The notes under the pieces: model-generated
Seen by the model: the letters and a program-made list of their open reading frames with translations, nothing else
Databases searched by the model: none
Told to the model about the DNA's origin: nothing
Translations under genes and position numbers: made by a program
Shown here: piece by piece, positions 1 through 10,279 of the stretch
Position numbering within the stretch: position 1 is the first letter of the stretch
How the letters are laid out: every line of letters begins with the position of its first letter
NCBI GenBank assembly: GCA_965209055.1
Contig: OZ242374.1
Span: 2,976,001-3,040,000, forward strand
Source: Acidobacteriota bacterium
GTDB lineage: Bacteria > Acidobacteriota > UBA6911 > RPQK01 > JAJDTT01
DNA length: 64,000 nucleotides
Direction of reading: 5' to 3'

Positions 1-785
1 CACTGGGCGGCAAAAAGGGGGGGTCGCTCCCGTCCACCTCCATTTTCCCCGTGCGGCCACCCGGTGGCCGGAAATGGGGCCGCAACTGACTGAAAGGAAA
101 AAAGATCGGGGAGAGTGCATTTGTGAGTCACCGGGACCGCTTTTTGTGAATCCACCCCCTTTGTCCCATTCACATCCCGGAGCGGGCGCGAGACCCTCTT
201 GACGCACTGCCGAAACGAGCCTCCATTGGCCCTTGCGACTGCCAAGTGCGTTCACCGTCAATCACGACCTGGAAGGAGCGACTTTCCGCCGCTGGTTGCA
301 ACTCGACCGCCCGCTTCAGTGCGGCCGTCACCCTGCCTTAGGAGTTGAGGCGGCCCTGGTCGGTCGAGTGCCCCGGAATCGACACGGACGACGACGGTCC
401 GGTCGGCCTCGACGGCAATCGGCGGCTTGAGCGCGAAGTCGCATCGGGTCTTCCCCACCGTGCCGTAGTACAGTTGCCGGGGATGCCGATTCTTGGGAAT
501 GCCCCGCCGTTCGAAGCCGGACACCTTCGGCCTCAGGCAGAGTCCTCCGGTGGGGCCAAACGGTCGGCAAAGCCAATCGGATAAGGTCTTTGAGCCAGGC
601 AACGGAAGGGGAAAAAGGGCGCGTCGGCTTTCAGGAACCGATCCGGCTGCCTGTTTGTTGCCTGTTCAGTATGTCAAACATGGGGAGTCAATCACTTTTC
701 CGATTCGGCGAAGAACCCGGTAAATGATTGAAAACGTTAACGTTCGGTAGTCTTTGACTGTGGGACAGTTGGGACTAACAGTCCC
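1..785 (-). mobile_element. Left end (attL side) of a second copy of the 2.7-kb mini integrative element; truncated by window edge
   Basis: Reverse complement of 1-785 aligns along its whole length with 28455-29239, with scattered substitutions and small indels. Ends at the same core GGGACTGTTAGTCCC (771-785, minus strand). Confidence 0.9.
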
Positions 786-790
786 CCCTC

Positions 791-2146
791 CTAGACCTTC
801 TCCGGAACCTCGAACGGCTTCCGGTACTCGCGCCGCAACAGCCGGCTCGCCTCCTCGTCTCCCGGGATGGTCTCGGTGACCGGATCGAACCGGACTTCCC
901 GGCCCACCCGGTGGGAGATGTTGGCCAGCTCGCAGAAGATGCCCGACCGGTGAGTCACCTCGATGTCCGCCGTCAGGACGTCTCTGTCTCCGGCCCGCAG
1001 GGCGTTGACGAAGTTCTGGTAGTGGCCCCAACCTTCCAGATCCGGCGGGTTGGGCTCCGCCTTCTTGTTCCGTCCCAGAAAGACCTGGTAGTCGCACCCG
1101 GCGCCCCGCTTCTGGATCCTGTGTTTCATGTGGATGTAGCCTTCGGTGCCGTAGAGGTCCCAGGTGAATTCGGCCATCCATTGCAACCTGGGCTCGGGAT
1201 AGACGGCGCGCCGGGGTACGACGCGGCCATGATCCGAGTAGAGATTCCGCAGGTCGCAGGTGAGCAGGGAACCGTCCTGGAACTCGAAGGTGGCCCGGTG
1301 CGTGTTGGGGGTCTCGGCCTGGTCCTCCGCTCCGAAACGGCCACCTCCCGAATGGGCCCGGACCGGAACCTCCTGGCCCATGATCCAGCGGCAGACGTCG
1401 ATGATGTGGATCCCGTTGTTGCCCATCTCCCCGTTGCCGAAGTCCCAGAACCAGTGCCAGTTGTAGTGCACCAGGTTCCGGTGGAAGGCCTGGTCCGGCG
1501 CCGGTCCCAGCCAGAGGTTCCAATCCAGCCAGGAGGGAGGCGGTTCCGCAGGCTTGAAGCCCAACGGATCCCTGGGACGGGGGAACTCGCAGCGCGCCCA
1601 GTAGACCCGGCCGATCAGCCCGTCCCGGACCAGTTGGGCCACCCGGCGGAAGGAGCCGCTGGAGCGGCGGTTGGTTCCGCCCTGGACGATGCGGTCGTAC
1701 TTGCGGGCGGCCTCCACCAGCTTGCGGCCTTCCCAGACGTTGTGGGCGATGGGCTTTTCCACGTAGACGTGCTTGCCGGCCTGGCATGCCCAGATTCCGG
1801 CCAGGGCGTGCCAGTGGTTGCAGGTGGCGATGGTGACGGCGTCGATGGACGTATCGTCCATGATCCGTCTCAGGTCCTTCTCGATCCGGGGCCTCCTGCC
1901 GCTGATTTTCTGAGCCTGTTCCGCCTTCTCCAGGGCCCGCCGTTCGTCCACGTCGCAGACCACGGCCAGATCCACACCCTCGTTTTCCAGGATCTCTTCC
2001 ACCAGGCGGCGGCCGCGGCCGCCGGCCCCGATCAACGCCACCCGGATACGGTTGTTGGCGCCGGCCCAGGCCTTGGCGGTTCCGATCAGGGAGGCTCCCG
2101 CCCAGGTGGAGGACTTGAGGAATTGTCGACGCTTCACTTCTGCCAT
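791..2146 (-). CDS. Gfo/Idh/MocA family oxidoreductase, Tat-exported
   Basis: RRQFLK Tat motif, GAGGRG Rossmann loop, HVYVEKP motif, LDWNLWLGPAP. Confidence 0.92.
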   Translation of the reverse strand: MAEVKRRQFLKSSTWAGASLIGTAKAWAGANNRIRVALIGAGGRGRRLVEEILENEGVDLAVVCDVDERRALEKAEQAQKISGRRPRIEKDLRRIMDDTSIDAVTIATCNHWHALAGIWACQAGKHVYVEKPIAHNVWEGRKLVEAARKYDRIVQGGTNRRSSGSFRRVAQLVRDGLIGRVYWARCEFPRPRDPLGFKPAEPPPSWLDWNLWLGPAPDQAFHRNLVHYNWHWFWDFGNGEMGNNGIHIIDVCRWIMGQEVPVRAHSGGGRFGAEDQAETPNTHRATFEFQDGSLLTCDLRNLYSDHGRVVPRRAVYPEPRLQWMAEFTWDLYGTEGYIHMKHRIQKRGAGCDYQVFLGRNKKAEPNPPDLEGWGHYQNFVNALRAGDRDVLTADIEVTHRSGIFCELANISHRVGREVRFDPVTETIPGDEEASRLLRREYRKPFEVPEKV

Positions 2147-2230
2147 GATCGTTCTCCCTGCGGACGCTGCTCAGACGGCGACCCGCAATGAGGGGGCCCC
2201 TACGGTCCCTATAATCCCCGGCGGAACGGT

Positions 2231-3346
2231 TCAGACCGGCTGGCTGACGCCGGTCTCCGCTGCCTTGTAGGCGCTGAAGACGACTTTCAGGACGTGGAGA
2301 GAATCCTCTCCCGTGAGCGGCGGATTCCCCATGCCGCGTCCCAGGTCCACCAGAGATTGGACCAGGGGGTAGTAGCTGCTGGGCCCGGTCTCGAAGTCGT
2401 GCACCTGGATTTTCCGAGGCGCGTCCGGGTGGGTCGAGTACCAATGCATGGGACCCTTCAGGAGGTTCATCCGGAGCCAACCCTTGGAGCCCCAGAGCTT
2501 GACGCCCAGGTGATATCCCCGGTCCAGGTAGTAGCCGCCATGGTAGGTTCCCACCATCCCTCCCTTGAACCGGAGGGCCAGGGCCACCGAATCCTCGATT
2601 TCCACCGGTTGGCCGCCCACGTTCCGGGTGACGGCGGAGACCTGCTCGATGCGGTCGCCGGTGAGGTATTGCACCAGGTCCAGGTAGTGGATCCCCAGCC
2701 AGATGAGCTGGCCTCCTCCGGCTTTGTCCTTGAACGCCAGCCAGGACTCCTGGTATCGGGGCCGGGTCAGACGGGTCTGGTCGGCGACGAAGACCAGGTG
2801 GGCGCCGAAGGGATCGCCCAGAAAACCGGACTGGATCAGTTCCCGGGCCTTGAGAACCGCCGGGTGAAGCCTCGACCCCAGGGCCAGCATCAGGTTCAGC
2901 TTCCTGGAATCGGCGAGCCGGACCAGTGGCTCGAAGTCCTCGGCCCGGACGCAGGCCGGTTTTTCGGCCAGGACGTGAGCGCCCGCCTCCAGGGACTCGC
3001 GGATCGGCGGGGGCGCCAAGTGGGCGGCCAGACTGACGAGGACCGCGCGCGGCTTCGCCTCCCGCAGCATCTTGCCGTGGTCCTGATACGTGGTGAGCTT
3101 CCCGCCCAGGACTTCACCGGCCCGGTCGAAGGTGGTTCCGCTCTCGTCCGAAAGGGCGACGGAGGCGACGCCCTGGGCCTGGGCCAAGGCTTTCAGGTAA
3201 ATACCCAGGTGAGGCCCTCTCTCCTGGGTGATGACGCCCACCGGGATGCCGTCACCGGCAGCGCCGATCCGGGTCGCCCGGGAGAAGGCCAGGGAAGAGA
3301 CCAGAGTTCCGCCGGCGGTCTTCTTGAGGAATGTTCTTCGTTTCAT
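2231..3346 (-). CDS. Gfo/Idh/MocA family oxidoreductase, Tat-exported
   Basis: KRRTFLK Tat motif, HVLAEKP, GGGQLIWLGIHYLD. Confidence 0.9.
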   Translation of the reverse strand: MKRRTFLKKTAGGTLVSSLAFSRATRIGAAGDGIPVGVITQERGPHLGIYLKALAQAQGVASVALSDESGTTFDRAGEVLGGKLTTYQDHGKMLREAKPRAVLVSLAAHLAPPPIRESLEAGAHVLAEKPACVRAEDFEPLVRLADSRKLNLMLALGSRLHPAVLKARELIQSGFLGDPFGAHLVFVADQTRLTRPRYQESWLAFKDKAGGGQLIWLGIHYLDLVQYLTGDRIEQVSAVTRNVGGQPVEIEDSVALALRFKGGMVGTYHGGYYLDRGYHLGVKLWGSKGWLRMNLLKGPMHWYSTHPDAPRKIQVHDFETGPSSYYPLVQSLVDLGRGMGNPPLTGEDSLHVLKVVFSAYKAAETGVSQPV

Positions 3347-3409
3347 GGTGCGGGCCGTTCCGATGATTGTCGCTCAGTCTAGCACGGCCGGAGCGGACCG
3401 GCCGTACGG

Positions 3410-5437
3410 TTAGAGTCTCTCCAACCGCACATCTCCCGGCTCGGACTGCACGGTCCACAGGTCACGTCCCCGATCCATCCCCACGACGATCGACCGGGAC
3501 CCGTCGTTTTCGAGCGAACTGGTGGCGATTCCGACCGCTGGCTGCCTGTTCGCCCCGTAGGGAGCGAAGACCGCAACGAAGGTGGCTTCGGCGGCCCTGC
3601 GGCGCCGGATGCAGGTAGAGAGAGTTTCGGATGCCGGGTTGGACGGAGCCGTACCCAGAAACATCGGGCCGGAAGGCTCCAGAGGATGCAGATCCAGCAG
3701 TCCACCCTGATGCCGCCAACTGAGCCTCCTGGTGGCCGACTCCGGGACCTGGCCCTCGAGCCGCACGTGGACGTAACCACCGTCGCCGGCCAACATCGGG
3801 GCCGGAGTCAAGTCCACTGGCTCCCCGATCCGCTCCCCGCGCACCTGACAGACCCAGTCCAGGTCTCGAACCGTGGGACACCGCACCTGGAGCAGGTCCA
3901 CGAAGTAGTGCTCCCGCCAGAGCAGGATTCTCCGCATCTCGACTCCGGTGTAAGCCCCCTCGTCCCAAGAGACGGAGGCGTCGCACACCGAATACCGGTC
4001 GTCGGAATAGTAGTAGTTGATCATTCCCTCGGCCAGCGGCTGGGACAGGCCGTCCACCAGCGCCGTGGCGTGGCTGGCCGTCTGCTGATACCAGGTGTCA
4101 TTGAGCTCGATGCCGTATCCGGGGGTTCCCAGGTCGGGCAACCAGGGAGACCCGTGGGCGAAGAGCTGGATCCTGAGCTGGTCGTGGTGTCCGTGAACCC
4201 CTCCGTCCGGACCCGCCTTGAAGATCAGATGACTTCCGTTCTTGCGGTCCCCGCCGCGCAGCACGGCGAACCCCAGATCCTCCATGTGGAGGCTCTTCCA
4301 TTCCGGTTCCTCCCCGGATGGGATCTCCCGGGCGCCGTCCAGGAGAGCCTCGAAGCAGCTCCGGGGGCGGTCCTCATAGTTCTGCTGCAGGACCCAGGCG
4401 AAAACCGGGTCCCGCAACCAGCCGTAGGCGGTTTCGTAGAAGCCGTCCGCTTCCGGGATCCCGTGGCCGACCCGTTGCTGCAGGCCGATGAAATACCAGC
4501 AGTCGTTCACGGCCGGGAGCTTCAGGTCCGGGAAGGAGATGAGGATCGGCGCCAGGAACATCCGCTTGAGGATTCCGCCGTCGTCGAAGGAGCGGCCCGA
4601 AGCCCGCAGGACCCGGAGTGTCCAGACCACGGCGTCCAACATGTAGTAGTGATAGCTGAGGGAGCCCTCCCACCAGATGCCGTCGTGGGAGACTCCCTGG
4701 GTCAATTGAGGCTCCAGGCCCAGGTCGCCGCCCAGCGCCACCTCGAGCAGGTCCTCGTCCTCCAGCACCAGCGCCAGAGTGGCCAGCGCCGCATTGTTCC
4801 AATTCGTGGCGTTGTGGATCTCGGGCCATCGAACTCGCTGGATGTGCTCGGCGCCGGGCCGAAACATCTGTTGGGACAATCGGTCGGCCGACCCTTCAGG
4901 AAGCGTCTCCTCCAGGAGGGCAAAGGCCCAGCACATGCGAATCAGCCAGACCGACTCGTCCAGTCCCGACCAGGCGACGATCCCGGGATGGTTGGGGTGA
5001 TCCAGGGGAGGAGGCTCCATGTGCCGGTAGCGTTCGGCGTAGGTGAACAGGATCCGGCTGGACAGGTCGCGGTCCGCCCGGGCCTGTTCGCCTTGTCCGC
5101 CGGTGAGATGGCTCCGGAAGGCGAGCTTCAGGGCGGCGTCGCTGAGCATGTCGTTCACCGACCACCGCCAGGCGCTGTCGTACGGCTCGCCGCTGTAGAC
5201 GGCGCCGCACACAGGACAGAGGTGACGGTGCGGCTCCCGTGGGTCGTAAACGAATTGGGCGGCGCACTCGGGACAGAAAAATTCGTGGTAGTAGCCGGCC
5301 TGGTGCGTGGGGACCTGGGGCAGGAACCGGTGGTAATCGGCGAGTCGTTGGTCCAGCGCCTCCCGGGCGGCGGAGAAGGAGGGGTCCGAGGCGCGCCGGC
5401 GCAGGTCCCGGCTCCATTCCGGTGTCAGAAGAGTCAT
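3410..5437 (-). CDS. Heparinase II/III-like polysaccharide lyase
   Basis: Start re-called at MTLLTPEW (ATGA overlap with the upstream glycosyltransferase stop). IHNATNWNN, WWEGSLSYHYY, HGHHDQL, DLGTPGYG and ASHAT motifs. Confidence 0.85.
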   Translation of the reverse strand: MTLLTPEWSRDLRRRASDPSFSAAREALDQRLADYHRFLPQVPTHQAGYYHEFFCPECAAQFVYDPREPHRHLCPVCGAVYSGEPYDSAWRWSVNDMLSDAALKLAFRSHLTGGQGEQARADRDLSSRILFTYAERYRHMEPPPLDHPNHPGIVAWSGLDESVWLIRMCWAFALLEETLPEGSADRLSQQMFRPGAEHIQRVRWPEIHNATNWNNAALATLALVLEDEDLLEVALGGDLGLEPQLTQGVSHDGIWWEGSLSYHYYMLDAVVWTLRVLRASGRSFDDGGILKRMFLAPILISFPDLKLPAVNDCWYFIGLQQRVGHGIPEADGFYETAYGWLRDPVFAWVLQQNYEDRPRSCFEALLDGAREIPSGEEPEWKSLHMEDLGFAVLRGGDRKNGSHLIFKAGPDGGVHGHHDQLRIQLFAHGSPWLPDLGTPGYGIELNDTWYQQTASHATALVDGLSQPLAEGMINYYYSDDRYSVCDASVSWDEGAYTGVEMRRILLWREHYFVDLLQVRCPTVRDLDWVCQVRGERIGEPVDLTPAPMLAGDGGYVHVRLEGQVPESATRRLSWRHQGGLLDLHPLEPSGPMFLGTAPSNPASETLSTCIRRRRAAEATFVAVFAPYGANRQPAVGIATSSLENDGSRSIVVGMDRGRDLWTVQSEPGDVRLERL

Positions 5438-6498
5438 CTTCGATAGGCCTCCAGGGTGATCTCGGCGATTCGGTCCCAGTCGTAACGTTGGATGCTCGCC
5501 AGTGCGGTCCGGTATGCCTCTTCCAGGTCCCAGCCGCGGATTCCCTGCATGGCATCCAGGAGCGCGCCCGGCCGATCCGGGTCGTAGAGCAGACCGCCTC
5601 CCGGAAGGATGACCTCCGGCAGGCAGCCCATGTTCGGCGCGATCACGGGGCGGGACTCGGAAAGGGCCAGGGTGACGGTCCCCGACGACATGGTGGCCAA
5701 AAACGGCAGCACGACGGCGTTGGTGGCGCGCAGCACCCGGATCATGTCCGGCGTCGGTACCCGCGGCTCGACGATCTTGTCCAGGATCCGCGGGTGTCCG
5801 GCGGCCAGCTTTCGAATCTTGTCCAGGTAGGGCCTGTAGCGTCCCCCGCCGGCCAGCAGGAGCCAGGAATCCTCTCCCGGCACCCTGCGGAAGGTCTCGA
5901 TCAGAGTCTCCAGACCCTTGTAGGGCAGGACTCCCCCGATGAAGCCATACGCGAAGTCCCTGGCCGGAATGCCCAAATCCCGGCGGGCCTCCCTCTGGGT
6001 GGCGATGTCCGGGTAGACCCCGATGAAATGACCGTGGGGCGCCAGGAAGATGTCGTGGGAACGTCCGAAAGTTGCCCGCACGCCCTCGGCGGACGCCGCG
6101 CAATGGGCGATGATGGCCGTGCAGAGCCGGCACATGTGGAGCCGGAACTCGTGATCGATGTATTGGTGGGTCCGGTTGTGCGGGTAGATGTTATGGGCGG
6201 TCCAGACCACCTTGTAACCCAGTTCCCGGGCCAGCTCCAGGGAGGCGGCCATTTCCTCCATCTGCCGCTGCATGATTCGCGCGTCGTCGTTGTAGTAGTC
6301 GTGATGGGGCCAGTGGAGATGCAGGACCTGGATCCTGCCCTGGTTCCTGCGGAGATACTCGAGACTGTAGTCCGTCTCGAAGACCATTTCCACGCCGCGC
6401 CGCTCCAGGGCTTCCGCCAGGAGCGCCCCGTAGGGGTTGTTCCCCTCGTGGTTGGCGGGGAGGCGTTTCTGCTGGTGGTAGTAGAAGGCGACGCGCAA
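5434..6498 (-). CDS. Glycosyltransferase family 4 (GT-B)
   Basis: HLHW, VWTAHN, PYKGLE, SSGTVTLALS, PVIAPNMGCLPE; TTG start. Confidence 0.85.
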   Translation of the reverse strand: MRVAFYYHQQKRLPANHEGNNPYGALLAEALERRGVEMVFETDYSLEYLRRNQGRIQVLHLHWPHHDYYNDDARIMQRQMEEMAASLELARELGYKVVWTAHNIYPHNRTHQYIDHEFRLHMCRLCTAIIAHCAASAEGVRATFGRSHDIFLAPHGHFIGVYPDIATQREARRDLGIPARDFAYGFIGGVLPYKGLETLIETFRRVPGEDSWLLLAGGGRYRPYLDKIRKLAAGHPRILDKIVEPRVPTPDMIRVLRATNAVVLPFLATMSSGTVTLALSESRPVIAPNMGCLPEVILPGGGLLYDPDRPGALLDAMQGIRGWDLEEAYRTALASIQRYDWDRIAEITLEAYRR

Positions 6499-6538
6499 GA
6501 TGAACCCGGGAGTCCGATCCGGCCGGCAAAAAGATGGC

Positions 6539-7693
6539 TCAGCGCGGGTCGGGCTCGATGAAGAAGACGTATTCGTTGGTGTCCCGTCCGTCGTAGATGA
6601 TGCTGTATTCCACCATCAATTTGAGCGGCTCCTCGTCGTTGTACCGGTTGATGATGCAATTGTGGCTGTAGCCGTCGGGGTGCCGGGTATCTCCGCTGAC
6701 GATGATCCCGCCGCCCCAGTCGATGCCGTCGTCGGACTGGTAGAGGACGAAACGGCGGCTGCCTTCCCCCTCCTGGCCTGACCGTCCGTGCAGGTAGTAC
6801 TTGCCCCCCAGATAGGCCAGCTCCGGATCGCGGATCATCTTGTCCACGTAGGTCTTCCGCTGCTCGCCCCAGGTATGCCCCTGATCCTGGCTGATGCAGT
6901 AGTAGAAGTGGTGCTCGTCCTTTTCCGTGTAGGCGCCGGCCAACAGGCGCCCGTCCGCCATAACGACCATGGTCCCGTACCACTTGTCGTCGTCGAGCGG
7001 CAGCGTGCTCCTCCGGGTCCAGCTCAGTCCGTCGTCGCTGCTCGAGTAGAGGACGTGGGGACCGCCGTCTTTGCTGTCATACAGGACGTAGTTGGTTTCG
7101 CCGGACACCGCCACGGCACAGGGATACCCGACGAAGTCGCCATCGATGGGCTGGTAGTCGCTCCAGGTGGCGCCGTGATCCAGGCTCCTCATGAATCCGC
7201 TGTCCCTTTTGCCCTCGCCGAACCTGAAATGGGTCAGGAACAGGACTGCGGTTCCCTTTTCGGTGACCAGACCCTCCTCGACCCAGACGGATCGCTTCCG
7301 CTCCGCGTCGTACTGGTCATAGGAGTATTGGAACTTGTTGTACCTCTTCCAGGTCCGGCCGCCGTCGGAGCTCTCGGCGTATTCGGTCCAACCGTCCACG
7401 TTGTGGTCGGTGGTGTTGGTATGGAAGGCCACGATCCGGCCGTCGGCATACTCCATGCAGACGGGCCCGCCGTGGGTGCAGCGTCCGGGAGCGTCGTTCT
7501 CGAGATCGGCAATGATGTCCCCGAAGATGTCATCGCCAAGCTCAGTGGACGGATCGTAGTCGTAGATTCGCGCGCCGTCGATTCGCCCCGGATCGACAGC
7601 CTCATCGGGGGATGCGTCCTGGACCACGTCGCCGGTTCCGCAACCGAAGACGATCATGACTGCGATCACGGAGACTGTTGCTCTGATGATCAT
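6539..7693 (-). CDS. BNR/Asp-box (sialidase-like) lipoprotein
   Basis: Five SxDxGxxW boxes; lipobox-like VFGC after a hydrophobic N-terminus; GGAG RBS before ATG at 7693. Confidence 0.8.
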   Translation of the reverse strand: MIIRATVSVIAVMIVFGCGTGDVVQDASPDEAVDPGRIDGARIYDYDPSTELGDDIFGDIIADLENDAPGRCTHGGPVCMEYADGRIVAFHTNTTDHNVDGWTEYAESSDGGRTWKRYNKFQYSYDQYDAERKRSVWVEEGLVTEKGTAVLFLTHFRFGEGKRDSGFMRSLDHGATWSDYQPIDGDFVGYPCAVAVSGETNYVLYDSKDGGPHVLYSSSDDGLSWTRRSTLPLDDDKWYGTMVVMADGRLLAGAYTEKDEHHFYYCISQDQGHTWGEQRKTYVDKMIRDPELAYLGGKYYLHGRSGQEGEGSRRFVLYQSDDGIDWGGGIIVSGDTRHPDGYSHNCIINRYNDEEPLKLMVEYSIIYDGRDTNEYVFFIEPDPR

Positions 7694-7829
7694 CCTGCTC
7701 CCCGTCCTCTCGGGCGTCCGCATCGGTTCGCGAGATACTACCACTTCGGAAGGGAAGTGAGGAGTCGTTTCTCGCCGCTCATCTTCCGTGTAGACTTGGC
7801 CCGCAACGTCAAGTCGAGGCCGGAAAACC

Positions 7830-9104
7830 ATGATGCATCGGCGTGATTTCTTGAGACCGTTGGGAGTGGGGGCGATGGTTGCGGCGGGAAAGGTCCGGCG
7901 CCTGTTCCCGGGAACGCTGCCGGCCGGATCGGGCCAACCGTTTTTCGAGAAGACGACCGTCTTCTATCCGGGCAAGGGTTTCGGAGTCCGGCTTCCCGGA
8001 CTGTTGGCGACGAGCCGAGGCTTCGTGGTCGCCATTTGCCAACGGCGGTGGGACAACATGCTCGACTTCGGCCACGACACCGACGTCCTGGTGCAGCGGA
8101 GCACGGACGGGGGGCGGACTTGGGGGAAGCAGCGAGTCCTCTTTCGGGAGCGGGGGACCTTCTGCCTCGTCGGTCCGCTGTTCGAGGAACGGTTCAGCGG
8201 GACGATCTTCTCCGCCTTCTGGAAGCTTCCGACGACGGCTCCTCACGACTTGCGGTATTTCCCCACCTACGCCAGGACCGATGGGCGCTTCTGGCTGGCC
8301 AAGAGCACCGACCAGGGCCAGACCTGGTCTGAGCCCACTCCCCACAAGGCTCGGACCAGCGCGGACGGTTGGGACGGTTGGACCAACAACTCGGTCCACG
8401 GCATCCAACTGACCCGGGGTCCGCACAAGGGCCGGCTGGTGATCCCTGGATTCCTCTACAAGGAGGGAGAAGAAGGCCAGATCCCAGGAGTCCGGGGAGG
8501 CGTCCTCTACAGCGACGACCATGGATCGAGCTGGCAGGTGGGGGGCGTCCTGCCGGTGGGTTCGGACGAGGTCACCGTGGTGGAGACGGCGGACGGGGGC
8601 GTTTACGCCAATTTCCGCAAGAACCGGCCCTTTCACAATGAATGGCGGTGGCACGCCTGGAGCCGGGACGGAGGCGAGAGTTTCGAGCCTCAGGAGACGC
8701 AGCCCAACGATCTCACGACTGTCATCTGTCACGCTGGGCTGACCCGCTACCCCACCGGGAAGAACGGGGGGAAGGACATCTTCCTCTTCTCCAATCCGGC
8801 GGGTCCCGACCCCTCCAATCCGACCAAAGGACAAAGGCAGCGGCTCACGGTTCGGGCCAGCTACGACGAAGGCCGGACCTGGCCGTTGTCGAAGCTGTTG
8901 GATGACGGTCCGTCCGCCTACTCCGACCTGGCGGTGCTGGAGGACAAGACGATTCTCTGTCTTCACGAAGACAGCCTCGACTGGCCCGAGCCGAAGCTCG
9001 CTGAGTGGTACGGCAGCTTTTCGAGCCTGGACCATCGCCGGCGCTGGTGCGAGCGGATCAGCATCGCCCGTTTCAACCTGGAATGGCTTAACAGCCCGTG
9101 GTAA
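7830..9104 (+). CDS. Exo-alpha-sialidase (GH33/BNR), Tat-exported
   Basis: RRDFLR Tat motif, VRLP (RIP-like) motif, five Asp-boxes, SAYSDL. Confidence 0.88.
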   Translation: MMHRRDFLRPLGVGAMVAAGKVRRLFPGTLPAGSGQPFFEKTTVFYPGKGFGVRLPGLLATSRGFVVAICQRRWDNMLDFGHDTDVLVQRSTDGGRTWGKQRVLFRERGTFCLVGPLFEERFSGTIFSAFWKLPTTAPHDLRYFPTYARTDGRFWLAKSTDQGQTWSEPTPHKARTSADGWDGWTNNSVHGIQLTRGPHKGRLVIPGFLYKEGEEGQIPGVRGGVLYSDDHGSSWQVGGVLPVGSDEVTVVETADGGVYANFRKNRPFHNEWRWHAWSRDGGESFEPQETQPNDLTTVICHAGLTRYPTGKNGGKDIFLFSNPAGPDPSNPTKGQRQRLTVRASYDEGRTWPLSKLLDDGPSAYSDLAVLEDKTILCLHEDSLDWPEPKLAEWYGSFSSLDHRRRWCERISIARFNLEWLNSPW

Positions 9105-9278
9105 AAGTCCTCACGGCATTCGACCGTCCCTGCATCCCGGCGGACTGCGTTGCGATTCGCTCACATACTCCCGGTATGCTCACGAATCGCGCCTTGTCCG
9201 GCGGGCGCAGGAACGGTCTCGGTGCTCGCGGGACTTTCACCACGGACTGTTAAAGAATGACGCGGAGGAAGACGTAGC

Positions 9279-10271
9279 ATGTACAGGATGGCCATCATCG
9301 GCGTGGGGATGATATCCACCAAGGCCATGATCCCGGGGATCAACCAAGCCAAGACGGCCGAGCTGACGGCTCTGGGGACCAGCTCCCCGGAGAAGGCGGA
9401 AGCGCTCTCCGCCAAGCACGGCGTCGCCCGCTGCTATCCCAACTACCAGGAGCTTCTGGAGGACCCCGGCATCGACGGTGTCTACATCGGTCTCCCCAAC
9501 CATCTCCACAAGGAGTGGACCCTGAAGGCGTTGGCGCACGGAAAGCATGTCCTTTGCGACAAGCCTCTGGGGATGGACCTGGCGGAAGCGCGGGAGATGG
9601 AGGCGGCCGCCCGAGCGGCGGGCCGGGTGCTGATGGAGGGGTTCATGTACCGCTTCCATCCGCAGCATGCCCTGGTGAAGAAGCTGATCCAGAAGGGTTC
9701 CATCGGGCGCGTGTTCCTTTTCGAAGCCCACTTCCACTACTTCATGGAAGATCCGGACAACATTCGCCTGAAACGAGAGACCGGCGGGGGAGGCCTCTAC
9801 GACGTGGGTTGCTACGGGATCAACAGCGCCCGGTACATCCTTGGCGCCGAACCCCGATCCGTTTCCGGCACCTGGCGGTTGGGGGCCGACACCGGAGTCG
9901 ACGAGTTCTGTCACTTCACCCTGCGGTTCGACGGCGGCCCGGTGGCCACCGTTACCTGCGGGACCCATCTTCCCCGGGAGCAGGGGTACAGCGTCTACGG
10001 TGACCGGGGAATCATCAAGGCGCCCCAGGGCTACGTACCCGCGCCTCACAAGCGGGTCCACGTGACGGTCATCGACCAGGATGGCAAACACGAGGTGCAC
10101 CGGGTCCGTGGCGTCAACCAGTATGCCGACGAGGTCGACGCCTTCGTCGCCGCCTGCGGCGGCATGGCGGACGACAGGATCGAGGCGGGCGTCGAGAACA
10201 TGGCCGTACTGGACGCGGTGCGGAAGGCTTGCCAATCGGGGGCCGTCGAGAGTTGCAGCGCATCCTCCTGA
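9279..10271 (+). CDS. Gfo/Idh/MocA family oxidoreductase
   Basis: IIGVGMI, VYIGLPNHLH, HVLCDKP, GGGGLYDVGCY. Confidence 0.92.
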   Translation: MYRMAIIGVGMISTKAMIPGINQAKTAELTALGTSSPEKAEALSAKHGVARCYPNYQELLEDPGIDGVYIGLPNHLHKEWTLKALAHGKHVLCDKPLGMDLAEAREMEAAARAAGRVLMEGFMYRFHPQHALVKKLIQKGSIGRVFLFEAHFHYFMEDPDNIRLKRETGGGGLYDVGCYGINSARYILGAEPRSVSGTWRLGADTGVDEFCHFTLRFDGGPVATVTCGTHLPREQGYSVYGDRGIIKAPQGYVPAPHKRVHVTVIDQDGKHEVHRVRGVNQYADEVDAFVAACGGMADDRIEAGVENMAVLDAVRKACQSGAVESCSASS

Positions 10272-10279
10272 GAAAACAG

